NCBI RefSeq assembly: GCF_006345805.1 | Contig: NC_043008.1 | Span: 74,462,001-74,526,000 of the forward strand | From: Octopus sinensis | Taxonomy: Eukaryota | Length of the DNA stretch: 64,000 nt | Reading direction: 5' to 3' | Shown here: piece after piece, positions 37,456 to 51,241 of the stretch | Layout of the letters: each line of letters starts with the position of its first letter | Numbering within the stretch: position 1 is the first letter of the stretch | The notes under the pieces: generated by a model | Told to the model about the DNA's origin: nothing | Databases searched by the model: none | Seen by the model: only the letters and a program-made list of their open reading frames with translations | Translations under genes and position numbers: made by a program

Positions 37456-39656
37456 TGACTTAATGAGTGATAGTTATATAGATATTCAGGAAGCACAAAG
37501 AAAGAAGTGTACACAATCAAACAGTCTGATAAGAGATTGTTACATATTCAAAATCTTGTCTTTTTCATTCGCAAAATGAGCCCCCTTTAATTTTGCTCAG
37601 ATTGCTTTCAATTTTGGTGTATGAATGCAACTCTGAAGTTTGATTATGATCAACCAATTACTTTATCTCGTAAATTAAAGAATCTGATGTTATTTGGAAT
37701 TAAAGTTGAGAAATTTGGGAATTTTAGCCAGCCAATCAACAGGCAGCGAAGCACCAACAGCTTGTTGCCATGACAACCGCACGTTGTGTATTGTTTCACT
37801 CGCTTGTGTTGATTCTTCACAATACGAGATTTACTTCACCTGCGTACTTTGTTTTAATAAAACTTAATATTTATCAATTAGAATTTTATTATAGATATTT
37901 TTCGTCAATTGTCTTAAAATTTTACATATTTTTCATGTATAGCAAATGTTGTTTACGATGTTAATACAGTTTCTTGGCATTATGAAGGTGAATGGAATAT
38001 ATGAACTTAGTACAGATAATTTGACATTATTTTTGAATTGTGCATGCAAAAGCATATAAGATACAAGTTTCTTATCGTTGGGACAAATTGTTGACCAATG
38101 TTATTATCATAGTTTACTAATCGAAACCTGAAAGCGCTACTCAACTTTTAGGTTTTGGAGACCGACGCCACCTTTTACACACAGACACACATACACACAC
38201 AAATACATACAAATACTCATACGCACGCAAACACACAAACAAGTGCTTATATATTAATGCTGTACACAAATACATGAGAGGTATACACAATACTGAAATA
38301 CGCATAAAATAGACACATGCAGACAAATACATTAATATAACAAATTTTTAAAAAGAAAAACCTACAGTCAATGAAAAGACAAAAGAAACAGCATAATGAT
38401 ACATGTTGATCTCATTAGGTATTTCTGTTTTTTAGAAACTTACAATGAAGAGATCATTTCACAGACGGTAAATCATAAATTTGACAAAGTACAGCCTTAA
38501 AGGTGACACCGCTTCGCTAAACGCAGAAAATTTGTATCGCTATTGGCTAAAAAATATACAATTTTTCGATTTTCAAACCTCTCTAACTTTTTCCTCGAAT
38601 TTTTTTCTCCACAACATCGTACCTTCATAGCAATTAGACTGGAAAACTTTATTATTAAAGCCAAGTTTCAGATTTTTTACTGTCTTTTAAAAAAGGCATA
38701 TTTGCGAATGAAAATAACTAGATCCCATACTCAATATATAAATCAGATTCTGTATCATCTTTTATTAGCTGAAATAACTATAGGAATGGCTGAAGAGTGT
38801 GAACTAGTTATATATCGTATTCGCCAGAAGGTACTGTTAATGACACGTGATATATTAGTAAATTTGAAAACCTAGTGTTGTAGGATTGAAATGAAATGAC
38901 ACTTACATAACGACCACATACATATTGATTCAAACACATATATGCACACATTTGGATGTCTATATATATATATATATATATGATCCTGTTAGCTGATGGA
39001 GGTTAGTAAGTGATTCACTCCCCCTGCTAGCTATATATTGTATATACAGGATGCAGACCGTTGCATCGAAAACCAGCTGGCGGAGAATCTGCCTGGGCTT
39101 AAACTAGTAGTAACATTCACCTGCCATTTTAATGTGGCTCTACTGTTTAGTATACATTACTATTCCATTGCTTCTTGAGATTTTAGAACTAGCTACTATG
39201 CTTATATATATATATATATATATTACTATGCTTATATATATATATATATATATATTTATGCTTATATATATATATATATATTACTATGCTTATATATATA
39301 CATCAAAATAAGCAACAAGGATATCCAGAGGTAATGCTGTACGATCGTTTCATGCAACTCCATTTATTTGAACGATGCAATCATTACATCAATTTAAAAT
39401 GTAGAGAAATCTTCAGATGCACAAAGACATAGAATTTAGAACAGATGGACACATTAGATGGATACATATTAAAATATACATATATACATATATGTGGCTG
39501 CTAATCCATAGGACAAATGGAGTTGCATGAAACGATCGTACTGCATTACCTCTGGATATCCTTGTTGCATATTTTGATTTTTATCGCCTTAATTTGAAAT
39601 TGTATGGATTATACCGTACTAATTCTGGTGCATCATCTTAAGTACCATATTAATCG

Positions 39657-39746
<90 letters not shown>

Positions 39747-39949
39747 GTATGTATATATATATATACATATATACATATACCTACATATACATACATATAT
39801 ATATACATATATATACACATACATACATATATTATACATACACGCATATATATACATATTAAAATATTCATATATACATATATGTGGCTGCTAATCCATA
39901 GGACAAATGAGTTTGTCCTGAGGATGAGGTGGACAGCTTACTATCATGA

Positions 39950-40850
39950 GGCTAAAAATAAGAAAAGAAACCTAGAAACATGATAAAAATTATTATAATT
40001 CAAAAACAGAAGAAAATCCTCCACCTAGCCCACTACTGGAACATTTTCAAAAAGACTTATTTGAGCTTATTGCTAATGTAAAATTCAAGGAACAACCACA
40101 TAGAAAAAACTGGCATCTAAAGAAGCTTAGGGACTTTATCAAATCATTGCAGAACAAACCAGGAATAGTACCGGTGGATAAAACTGGAAACATATAGACT
40201 AGGCTATATTACCTACAGAAGACTAAATCTATTCTGGATACTCTAATACCCCTAATAATTCCTAATCTATTTTTCAACTTATGGGTTGATACGGATGAAA
40301 TGATATATTGGTTCAAATCCATTGAAAATATAAGTAATTATTCGTTTATTCAATTTGATATTAACTGTTGTTATTATAGTATAGTTCCTATTCTTCTAAG
40401 CAAATCCCTAATTTTCTTTAAAAATCTCTCTCTCATAACTAGGTTTAAAATTGACATTATTCTTTTAGCCAGGAAGACTATCATAAAATTTGTGGGTAAG
40501 CTATGGATGAGGTCCGACACCCATGATAATTTTGTTATAGCTGTGGGTTCGAGTGATTCGGCAGAAATCACTAACCTAGTTGATGCATATCTCTTAAAAT
40601 GCTTTAATAGTGAAATTCCTGAATTATAGGGAAGTTTATGCAGAGATTATACTCTATATATTATTCATAGTGACAACAAATCGGTCATAAAAAGAATGAG
40701 AAAAAGAATTAGAAAATGGTTTGAATAAGCCACAAAGATGGAAAGTTTCTTGGATACTACGTTAAACATTAACTCAGGATTATACCACCCATGTTTATCT
40801 TTCTAGTATCCCATAAGTAATGCCCTGGGTACTCTTTATAGAAACCACCT
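39950..40850 (+). pseudogene. Penelope-like reverse transcriptase remnant
   Basis: VPVDKTGNIY; ORF 40300-40629 FIQFDINCCYYSI..LLARKTII..FVIAVGSSDSAEITNLVDAYLL; FLDTTLNINSGLYHP. Confidence 0.85.
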
Positions 40851-42446
40851 AAGTAAATAATTAAATATATGAATGAATATTGAACTAATTCTATGTAATC
40901 TGCTTTTTAATGTTGAAAATTGATATATACACACATTTTACCTATTTTGGTTATGATATCATTTTTGATAATCTGAAATTTTATATATATACAGCATATC
41001 AATATTGTTTATAAACAATTCCCCCTAGTACCCCATGATAAAATTTCCTCTGTATTAACATCATAGGTTTTATTAGCGTGTTGCCCCTTTAACTGGTAAT
41101 TAACATCATGATTTAGAGTATTCCCCTACCCAGCCTCCTTTTATAGGCAGTTACTCTATGCCCAATTTACTACTAATATCTTTGACAATATTTATGAACA
41201 TACCTAGTCATAAGCTGTCAATTCACTCTTGCCCTTCATTCCATATAGACACAGTCCTCTAGTCTTAGATTTAGTAGTTGATAAAAAGAAAATAAATTAG
41301 AAATGAACAATAATCCTTTACAAGCTATGACCCCAGTGGGTTTCAAGCCTTTCTTGGGAGTATAGTCTATTTTTAGCTACAATAGCGACAACGTGGATTT
41401 CTTCCGTATTCTTGCTCTGTTAAAGGTATTTGAGAAAAATTATATTAATGTGTCCAACTGATTAAAATTCCATTTATTATTTGTGCAGCTGATGGTAGCT
41501 CTGCATTTAAATTGATGTAATGATTACATTGTTTAATTAAATACAGCCGCTTGAAACGGTCGTACTGCATCACTTCTTGACACCCTATTGCTTATTTTTA
41601 TTATATATAACATGTGACCGGAAAAACTAATCATTTTGATTATATATCTGACAATAAAACATTCTACATGTCTCTAGTTTTTCATTCAAATGCAGTTCGG
41701 TATCATAGCCTGTAAAAAATAGAAGTTGATATTAGTATTAGTAGTGCTTCAATAAATATTGAGTGATATCAATAAAATATTTTGTGAAGTATCAACCATC
41801 TCAACCAATATGTGGGGGTCAATGAGAGAAGCTGAGTCAAGGAGATTAATCCGTATATAGCCACTCAACCTGCTAGACATACCAACCAAATGTCATATAT
41901 GGAATCTTGATGCTTTGAAAAGAAAAGAAACGTTGAATAATGTAGTCCTAGATTGTCAATACCTTTTATCTTAAGAATGCTCAGTAGTAATGCCTTGGGG
42001 CTACATAATAATAAAATAGTACCGTCTATGTATAGAAACATAAATAATTTCACATTGAGGGCCAACACCACATCTTGCAAGAGGAAACGGTAAAAGTGCT
42101 CAGGCAATTAACTTGAACTCCGTTGTATTAAAGATGGTACCTGTGCACAGAATTCATGTGTAGGGACAATGTAATCCACCTGTAGAGGATGAGAGTGCAA
42201 AACACAGTATTACAAAACTAAATATTCTTCTGCATTTAGTTCGGCACTCAGCTATTTCTACCAACACACAGTTCTTATGTGAACATCACAGAAAGATTGT
42301 TGTGGTAAAGAAATTTAAACATTTATATAAGTAAAGTTTACCAGCAAAAACATGGATATATTGGTTATTCAGCAAAATTTGTCGTCTACAAGTCCGGAAG
42401 AGTGTAACGGCAGACTAATCATTGAATATTCTATGGATTTCTAAAT

Positions 42447-42525
<79 letters not shown>

Positions 42526-43238
42526 GGGGAGGGATAAAGAGAGAGAAAAGAGAGGAAAAAGAGACATATATATAATCTATATATGCGCATATATACACAC
42601 AAAGAACCAAGAAGCGTAACGATGCCTAAAAATAGACACCACAATCGAGATCAACTGCTGGCCCCCACCACCACACCCATTTGGGATCGCAGGGTGGACG
42701 GTGGAGGGTGGAATGTTAGGGAATCGATGTAATGGCTGCTTCACAAGCAAGATAAGTTATTTCTGGCGACGCCATATTCAGCATAGCGTCTCTAGTCATG
42801 AAAGCGATGAGTTATAAACAAAGCACAACGCAAATATTATGACATAAAGCATTGATATAACTATTAAAGCACAACAATAACATCAATATCAACCACAACA
42901 TCAACAAAATCAACAATAGCGATAATAACAACAATTATACATGATATGATTGAATTCACTGTCAGCTGCCAATGGATAAGGGCTGAACTAGAGATTGTTC
43001 AGATCAATCGATTGTCTTATTTTTAAGATACACAAAATCTCATCAACTTTCCCAATTCCTTTTAATCTCTCTTTCTTTCTCAATGTTTTGTTTTCTGACG
43101 TTTCATATCTTCATCCACTTCTTAATAATTTATTTATATTTTTATGTTGGAACCACCTCTCTCTTTATGAACATCATTTTCTATTACACACATACACACA
43201 CGCAATACACACACATACTTGCTCTCTTTCCCTCTCTG

Positions 43239-43316
<78 letters not shown>

Positions 43317-43416
43317 CAAACGTACACATACAGACTCCCACACAGAAACAAGTAATAAATTCAGTTACTGGACCGTTCATGTTCAATTCTGTTTGTTCAG
43401 GACTTGTAAAAAAACG

Positions 43417-43419
<3 letters not shown>

Positions 43420-43453
<34 letters not shown>

Positions 43454-43513
43454 TCATCAACATCATAATCATAAACAGTAATACTGTTATTGCTATCGTC
43501 ATCATCATTATCA

Positions 43514-43563
<50 letters not shown>

Positions 43564-43620
43564 TATTATTATTATTATCATTATTATTATTATTATTATT
43601 ATCATTATTATTATCATTAT
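43420..43620. repeat. (AAT)n/(TTA)n/(ATC)n array
   Basis: Direct reading. Confidence 0.95.
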
Positions 43621-43689
43621 TTGATAAATGAATTTTAAGAAAGACCAATCAATGTCTGATGAGCAATCTAGAAAATCAACACAATTTGG

Positions 43690-44510
43690 TTACAGTTCTA
43701 TATTTCAATTCCCACTATCAGTACAGGGTAAAGAGGGGGATTGCTCAGTGCCTAAACATCGTGCAAAGAATATAAGTAGCGATCGGGATACACACCACAA
43801 AAAAATTATCACGCTCAATAACGATCTGCTAAGCAGTAACTGCCTCAAAAGTATACTATCCACTCCAATTATAAAGAAGAGAGGAGATGAGGCCAATAAA
43901 CTGTCCGCAGTCTGTCTACCCTATATGAAAGTTCTCTCCGAAAAGATACAAAAGATATGTGGCACATATGACACCAGGACAGTAATCAAGAGTAATACAA
44001 CAAATCGCAAATATCTCCTTCGAGTAAACCACCAATAGAAGAGAATATGACCAAAGACTGCGTTCGTTTACTCCATCCCAGGCAGCTGTGGTAGGTTATA
44101 CAAAAGCGAAACATGCCGCCCCCTCAAAATAAGGGTAGACGAATATCACAAAGCTGTGACGCGAGGAGATATTGATAAATCGGGTATAGCTAATCATGAA
44201 TGGAACAATGGAGACCACCTCCCCCTGTGGGATGAAGTTAAAATAATAGACAGAGAACATCACTGGAAAATACGGAAACTAAATGAAGCAGCACATATGC
44301 TAGGACACATCAACCTCCTTAGCAGACCGAGTGCAGATATGAACAGCATATGGGAACCTGAACAACAACAACAACATCTTAGGAATGAGAACCAAAGTTC
44401 GAAATTTCCCCACGACACCTGAAGAAGGATGGAGAGTATATCAGCCGAAACGTTGTGTTAACAACAAACAAGATGAGGACAAATATCCGTCGAATGTAAA
44501 TAATGTACAA
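43690..44510 (+). mobile_element. Penelope-like element 3' part (GIY-YIG endonuclease and terminal repeat)
   Basis: VCLPYMKVLSEKIQKIC; VYSIPGSCGRLYKSETCRPLKIRVDEYHK; DKSGIANHEW..WDEVKIIDREHHWKIRKLNEAAH. Confidence 0.9.
44414..44459 (+). ncRNA. Minimal type I hammerhead ribozyme candidate
   Basis: gacac-CTGAAGA-a-ggatgg agagtata tcagcc-GAA-ACGT-T-gtgtt: stem I 5 bp, stem II 5/6 bp, palindromic ACGU stem III, GUU triplet. Confidence 0.7.
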
Positions 44511-44959
44511 TTTGGTTACCTTAACAACTGATGGGTTTTTTAAACCTTCAATATGTGTTTTGCCATCTTTGATGCTAATTCTCGTACAGGAGACTTAGTA
44601 TGGTTCAAAAACGAGATATATAAGCGAGTGAATCGCTTTAATATCCTTTTGTGTCGTATGCCTTCTGACGGTCATAGGCACAGCCAAGCTCTCATTTAGT
44701 TTTCGTATATCTGAATTTTTTCTGCAACTTTGACAGAACAGCTTATATTGAACTGTTAAGTTTTTATTTTGACAGACTTCTTAATGCATCCCTTGACAAG
44801 GACGAAAGCATTAGTGTCGACTTCATATCATCGTTGAAACAGTCCTAGATACTTTTTGAAATATGGTACACTGTTTCTCATCTCATCTCCTATAGTAGTA
44901 TCAACCACACCACCGCCCCCAAAACACAAAAATAATTATTATGGTAATATAGATAGTAT

Positions 44960-45700
44960 TACTATTATTGTTATTGATTGACTTGACTCAGGTTCGTTCT
45001 TATTCCTGGTAGTATTTATGTGGGTAGCAGGTTACTACCTATAACTTTAGGGATCCATAAGTTTCCAATAGTCTCTCAAGTGCTTAAAACCCTCCTGATA
45101 ATCTTTCCTGTCCCTAACAGGCAAACCTTCTGTAAAAGCTCTACTGAGCATTCTATTCCAATTTCCGTCGATTATTTGTCTATATCTTTCCTTACAATGC
45201 ATCAATTATTACAGGCGCAACCTTTACAATTTTTATACTCCAAATTCTTGCAATTTCAAATTTTAAGAGATTGTATTTTTCTAATTTTCATCCTCTTTCT
45301 TTATTAAGTCTGGAATCAAACGGACATGATGGATCAATTAGTAAGCAACTTCGCTTTTCTTCATCTATCATTGTTATGTCAGGTTTATTATTTGCTAGCT
45401 TCTTATCCGTTTGAATACGAAAATTCCATACAATTTTGCATTTAACCGACGTCAGCACTCTTTCGACCAGATGCTCATACCATGTACCTCCAGCTTTATT
45501 TCCCCACTTTCAACAAAGCTTCCAGTGTAAAACTTTCACAACTTGATCATACCTACATATCTTATATTCTCTCTGAGCTAAATTGGGACGTTCTGCAACA
45601 AAGTATGCCACTCTCTCATTCCAAATACCATAACAATTCCAACAACTCCACCCCATATACATATTTTTGCAGGCTGTTTGTTTTCATCGCTTGAGCTTGA
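44960..45700 (-). mobile_element. R4/Dong-clade LINE 3' end (second lineage)
   Basis: Minus strand AQREYK..LHWKLC, WYEHLVERV..IQTDKKLANNKPDITMIDEEKRSCLLIDPSCP, LQKVCLLGTGKIIRRVLST*; AAT-like tail near 44950. Confidence 0.9.
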
Positions 45701-45719
45701 TCTTCTTATTCATACTGAG

Positions 45720-45900
<181 letters not shown>

Positions 45901-45904
45901 TATA

Positions 45905-46690
45905 CATGTAATCTGCATTTTTTTTACAATTACTCGCCGAGACACACCTAGCATTCTGGGGCGAGTGAAGGATAGATGTTACAGTATGACTGAAAGATTG
46001 GGTAGGGGTAGTAGCAGGCGTAGTAGCGAAATATCTTCATGTAATACAGTACAGTCATTTAAATTGATAGGGTTTTTCTAAGGACATGTGCAGTACTTGT
46101 CAGCACAATCTTTTGAATTTCTCTGAGACATGGTTTTCCTGATATCTTATCTAGATGTTTCTCACATCCCTTTTTTATCATATTTCAATTTTCAGGTCCT
46201 TCTTTTTACTTAATTTGTCAAATTCCTTTCCAGATATATTTGTATCAGTGGGATCTCTTACATCTATTAGTCTACAAGTGTTTTCATCCCTGTCTTTAAT
46301 AATTATGTCTGGTCGATTAGCCTGGATAGTTCTGTCAGTGTTGAAGAACGCTAGCCTGGTAGTTTTTGGTAAGTAATCTTTGATCTTTTAGTGCCAGTAT
46401 GAAACTTTCCGTCTCAGCTTTCAGTCCTGAACTTCACAACCACTGATGGGTTGTTGCGTGATCTACATTAACGTTTCGACTTCGAAGTATATACTGTCCA
46501 TGCAGAGGCTTCTGCTGCCACCACACCTCAGTTTGTTTCTACCCATTCCTTTTTGCAGTCTACTTGATCCGTTTTGCTTGTCTTGTGGCTGTAGTTTCAG
46601 GTTCTTCAACTATCTCAAGGTTAATGCCAAGTTCCTTTGTGAATTTGCAAACTTCCTTAACAATAGAATGTGAGCTTTTGCTGCTTTGGT
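45905..46690 (-). mobile_element. R4/Dong-clade LINE 3' end (third lineage, internally deleted)
   Basis: Minus strand QQKPLHGQY..THQWL*SSGLKAETESFILA; TDRTIQANRPDIIIKDRDENTCRLIDV; IQKIVLTSTAHVLRKTLSI*. Confidence 0.9.
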
Positions 46691-46776
46691 GTTTATTATT
46701 ATTATTATTATTATTATTGTTGTTGTTGTTGTTGTTTTTGTTGTTGTTAATAATTATTATAATAATAATAATAATG

Positions 46777-46853
<77 letters not shown>

Positions 46854-46855
46854 TT

Positions 46856-47357
46856 GAGTGAGAGAGCAGTGCATGCCATCAAGACTACCCGTCTGATAAG
46901 GGTACATAGGCATATGAATCACAACCATTATGTGCGCGACATGGCGATCTCATATCAAGATCAATAGCACATGACCTTGCAGGTGGGGCCTAGTTAGAAT
47001 TTTCTTCTGGTCGAGTAGCCCATCACGCTCAAAAGATCCCTGAATAAGAGTTGTTTAAGGATGTTGAACGAAGCACCCGTTTCCAGAGGTGAATTATTCA
47101 AACCCCAAAGAATTCCTCTCAAGATATGGCAATGATGCTCCCCAACTACTTCTGCTCGTGATCAGAGTTGCACATATCCTCAGCCACTAAGGGACATGCT
47201 CAGCTGGTTAAGGTCAAACAACTGACAAACAAATCTGTGGTATTGAGCAGAATATTTGCTGTAGTCCATCTCTTATACCAAGGCAAAACAATGGACATGA
47301 TAACACTTCCAATCAGTTAAAATTAGAAATCACGAGAGCCACTGCCTGATGCTGCAT
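46856..47357 (-). mobile_element. ~530-bp non-coding interspersed repeat, copy C (internal deletion near one end)
   Basis: gagtgagagagcagtgcatgccatcaag...gagagccactgcctgatgctgcatc aligns with copy B. Confidence 0.85.
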
Positions 47358-48739
47358 CTTTATTTCGCCACCACAACAACAAACGCAATTTCTGCCGGAA
47401 ATAACAACAACAATAGTAAACTGAAGACAAAAACGAAAAGGATAATAACGAACACTAAAACAAAGTAGAAATCAAATTGTCCTTTCAACATACCTGCACA
47501 TTCCAGCCCCATCACCACCAACCCCATTAGCATTAATACAGAAAACAAAAACACAACTTGCAAATCCAGCGTTTGTGGGTTCAGCAAATCGTATACATTA
47601 TATTAAGATTGGAATAATTAAAAGATATGTTAAAAACATACTTACGATGTCTGGACGAAATGTTGCCCTCAACATCATGGAACCCAACAAGAAACTAACC
47701 TCAGAACTGTGGTAAACAAAATCTTATGAACAAAATTCAGGAAAAAAGAGATGGCGATGCCGCAGCAAATTTAAAAGGAATCGCCCAAATATGGAGCGCC
47801 AAAATATACGTAGCAAGGAAAAAGTGCAGTGGAGTTGACATTCCCTACGGAGGATAGAGCCAGAAAGTAATCCATAGCCACCGTAAATAGTAACTTGTTC
47901 TCATAACAATCTACATTGGCCGTGAAAATGGTGAAAGATAAAAATAGTCGACGTGCCAAGAAGTATAACTATTTGTTTGTTGGTTGCAGCTGTTCTCATC
48001 GACATAGGGGATAAAATTGATATTATGCTGGCCCAGAGGCTGCAGTAACAAAATTGGTCAAGTGATGGAACTATACATCGAAATGGATCAAACCATGAGA
48101 TCGATCCTGGATCTGCTCCATCAACCAAACTGTACAAAACTGTACATGGTAATTGATACTGTATAAGAAGATGGTGTTTGAGGCGACACTCAGTACTTAA
48201 TGGAAAATTCTGTTCATGTGAAAGAACACAAAAGACCACCACTTCTACAAACTGCATAGCAACAATACTATCTACTTCAACAGCGAAAACAGCAGTAACA
48301 TCATCAATTGGAGCAAATGGGAAACCAGAAGTTGCGAAAACAGCAACAGTAATAATACAACAGTGTAAGCAATAACAGTATGAACAACAGAAGATACACT
48401 ATCGTCAAGGTCAGTAACATCATTAAGAGCAACTAAAAGAGAAACTCTGAAAGCAGAACAATATTACAAACCTAGGACATACCCCTTCAACGACTAACAC
48501 CACACAAACTCCTTATCACCTTGCTATCTGGCAAGGTGACAGGGAAGACACTAATTGCCACGCAGGAACACAAGAAAAAATAGAAAGAAACAAAAATATA
48601 CCAACTAAAAAAATGGAAGATACGATCAAATGGGGAAGTAGTTTTAAGCAAAGCTACATCGACAATATCAACATAGTGAGAGGAGGAGGGGTGGAAGAGG
48701 AGCGGAGGAGGAAGGAGAGGAACGGGTGCAAGAAGAAGA

Positions 48740-48870
48740 AGAGGAAGAAGAAGGGGAAGAAGAAGAAGAAGAAGAAGAAGAAGAAGAAGAAGAAGAAGAA
48801 GAAGAAGAAGAAGAAGAAGAAGAAGAAGAAGAAGAAGAAGAAGAAGAAGAAGAAGAAGAAGAAGAAGAAA
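48740..48870. repeat. (AAG)n microsatellite
   Basis: Direct reading; source of the poly-K/F ORFs. Confidence 0.95.
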
Positions 48871-49779
48871 ATTGGTTTTCCTGAAAACTTTAGAAATATT
48901 ACCCTTGTCACGGTTTACGGCCATATCTCCATGTCCTGTTGGTCTTTTTATACAATCTCTGACTATCATCTACCTTCGCTCCTTTACTCATTCATTTCTT
49001 TGTCTCTGTCTCAATATGATATGTCAAGCATTGATCTTATTGCTTGGTGTTGGCACGCAGCCAGTTTCTTCTTTATTTCTGCTGTTCCAGTCCACATTTT
49101 TGATTTCATAATCGACTGCTAGTGCTATGTATATTTATCTTTGTAGACAGCCTACGAGGTTTGATTTCATAACATATTTACGTTTGATGAAAGAGGTCCG
49201 TCCAACTATTAATCTACTTTCATTTCTCTCTCGTTGTCTTTTTCTTTCACAGTATTTCTTTATCCTGGGTGTACACCATTTTCAACTTATACTTCATTCT
49301 CCGACTCTGTAACCAATTTTGATGTCACTTCGAGATTGATTATGATTTTTATTTTGTTTTTAATTATATTTATATTTCCATTCAGAAGGTCTAGTTTCAT
49401 TCACTCACACCTCTCGGTTTTATCTCTCTCTATTCTAGACTATTATCATTAGTAAGATGTCATTCACAAATCTTAAATTATATACATTGTTTCAATTGAT
49501 ATTTATTTCTTGTATTTTGAAGATTTTCATACATCGTGTAAAATATTTGAGTAAAATGGTGTCTTTTTGTTGTATACTATTACCTATTTGAATGAAAACG
49601 CTCTCCCAGAAACAAGATTTGTTCAACACTTTAGTGAGTTCAACACAGTTCCTATTTTATTGAATCGAAGACTTTATTGCAATCGATTAATATTAGCGAC
49701 CGTGTGAGATTGTATCCTACTGGTTTTCAGTCAATTAGTTGATGATGTGTATGTGGTCACCAGGAGATAAGCCACCTCT

Positions 49780-50620
49780 GAGACGATCTGCGTCTTGCAC
49801 TGATTGCCATATTCTTTTTCCTTTTCATTTTTCTTTTCTTTATTTTCTTTTTACTATGTCTGTTGACAGCTTGCATGCGTTTGAGAGTAGATTTATTGGG
49901 TGTTAGTTCCTCAGACTTTCAGTGTCTCTCTTTCTGTTTTATGTTCAATAATGTTTTTCTCCATTGCCTGGGCATTTCTCTTTCTTGACAGCCACTGTGC
50001 ATAGTAACCATTGTCCACTCACATCTGTGTTGAAGTCATTCATAATGATGTTGCAGTGTGATGGAGATGTTTCAGGTTGGTTAGTGATGTCCTTCCATAC
50101 GTCATCGACTTTCTCGTCAATGTATGATTTCGTCGGTGCATAAACTTATCCTCTGTACATATTCTATCTAGTGAAAAGTTCTGTTGTACCCCTTGAAAGT
50201 TTCCCCTTCAGGCTTTTATATCTGTTATATGTTTAACCACTTTCTTACTTTCGAAAACTCCGATGCCATTCTTTAAAGTGAAAGTGATCCCCACTTTTTA
50301 GTTCAACACATTTCTCTCTCTACTCGTATCACTTCACGCAGCTCGAATATGCTCCACTTTAGACTTTTAATGACTCGACCTATTCATGATCTTGCAGTCT
50401 CAAATCAGTCAAAATAGGTCTGACATTATAAGTTGCAACTTGTAACTTTTGTCGGTAGCGTTTAACCAAGAGATTCTTGCTCTCCTCTTGAGCAAACAAT
50501 CACACTGATCCAGCTGAGAGAACAATAGAAGACTAGCAAGTTTAGGCTTGTTAGTTTATCAATGTTGTTTGTAGGTCTGCCGGTTCTATGTGGTTCTTTG
50601 GGACATGGACTTGATATTCC
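49780..50620 (-). mobile_element. RTE-type LINE 5' part (APE endonuclease) remnant
   Basis: Minus strand VATYNVRP, VYAPTKSYIDEKVDD, IIMNDFN correspond to APE motifs ATYNVRT, YAPT and GDFN. Confidence 0.7.
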
Positions 50621-50677
50621 ATACTTGAGTTAACTATGAGTGTGTGTGTATCATATATTTATATTACACACACACAC

Positions 50678-50738
<61 letters not shown>

Positions 50739-50741
<3 letters not shown>

Positions 50742-50992
50742 GAGAGACCTGCATGGGGTGGATGCAGATGTCTTTAAAATGGAGCTGGATCTCTTCCTGT
50801 CAGGTGTCCCAGATGAACCAACTTCACGGCAGGAGGGGCAGATGAGGGCAGCTGCATCGAACTCTCTCATGCACCAAATAGCAGTTGCTAGAAAGCCTCC
50901 ATGAAGTGAAACCAAGTAGCAACACCAAATGGCGGTGCCCCAGCATGGCCACAGCTCATGAGCTGAAACTGGAATCAATCAATCAATCAATC
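50739..50992 (+). mobile_element. L2/Crack-type LINE extreme 3' end with (AATC)n tail
   Basis: LRDLHGVDADVFKMELDLFLSGVPDEP..RAAASNSLMHQ, short 3' UTR, stem-loop, (AATC)n. Confidence 0.8.
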
Positions 50993-51124
50993 ATATATAC
51001 ATACACACCGATAGATAGATAGATAGATTGATTGATTGATTGATTGATTGGTAGATAGATAGATAGATAGATAGATAGATATGATTGATTGATTGATTGA
51101 TAGCTAGCTAGCTAGCTAGCTAGC

Positions 51125-51220
<96 letters not shown>
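50993..51220. repeat. (GATA)n/(GATT)n/(GCTA)n tetranucleotide array
   Basis: Direct reading. Confidence 0.95.
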
Positions 51221-51241
51221 ATATCAAACACACGTGCTCAT

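Noticed and set aside
43656-43675. CTGATGA..GAAA spacing like a hammerhead
   Set aside because: No pairing for stem II or stem I.
47646-47706. 61-nt minus-strand exon candidate (cag|..|gtaagt; SEVSFLLGSMMLRATFRPDI)
   Set aside because: Isolated, no recognisable homology, and lies in sequence that may be a decayed LINE.
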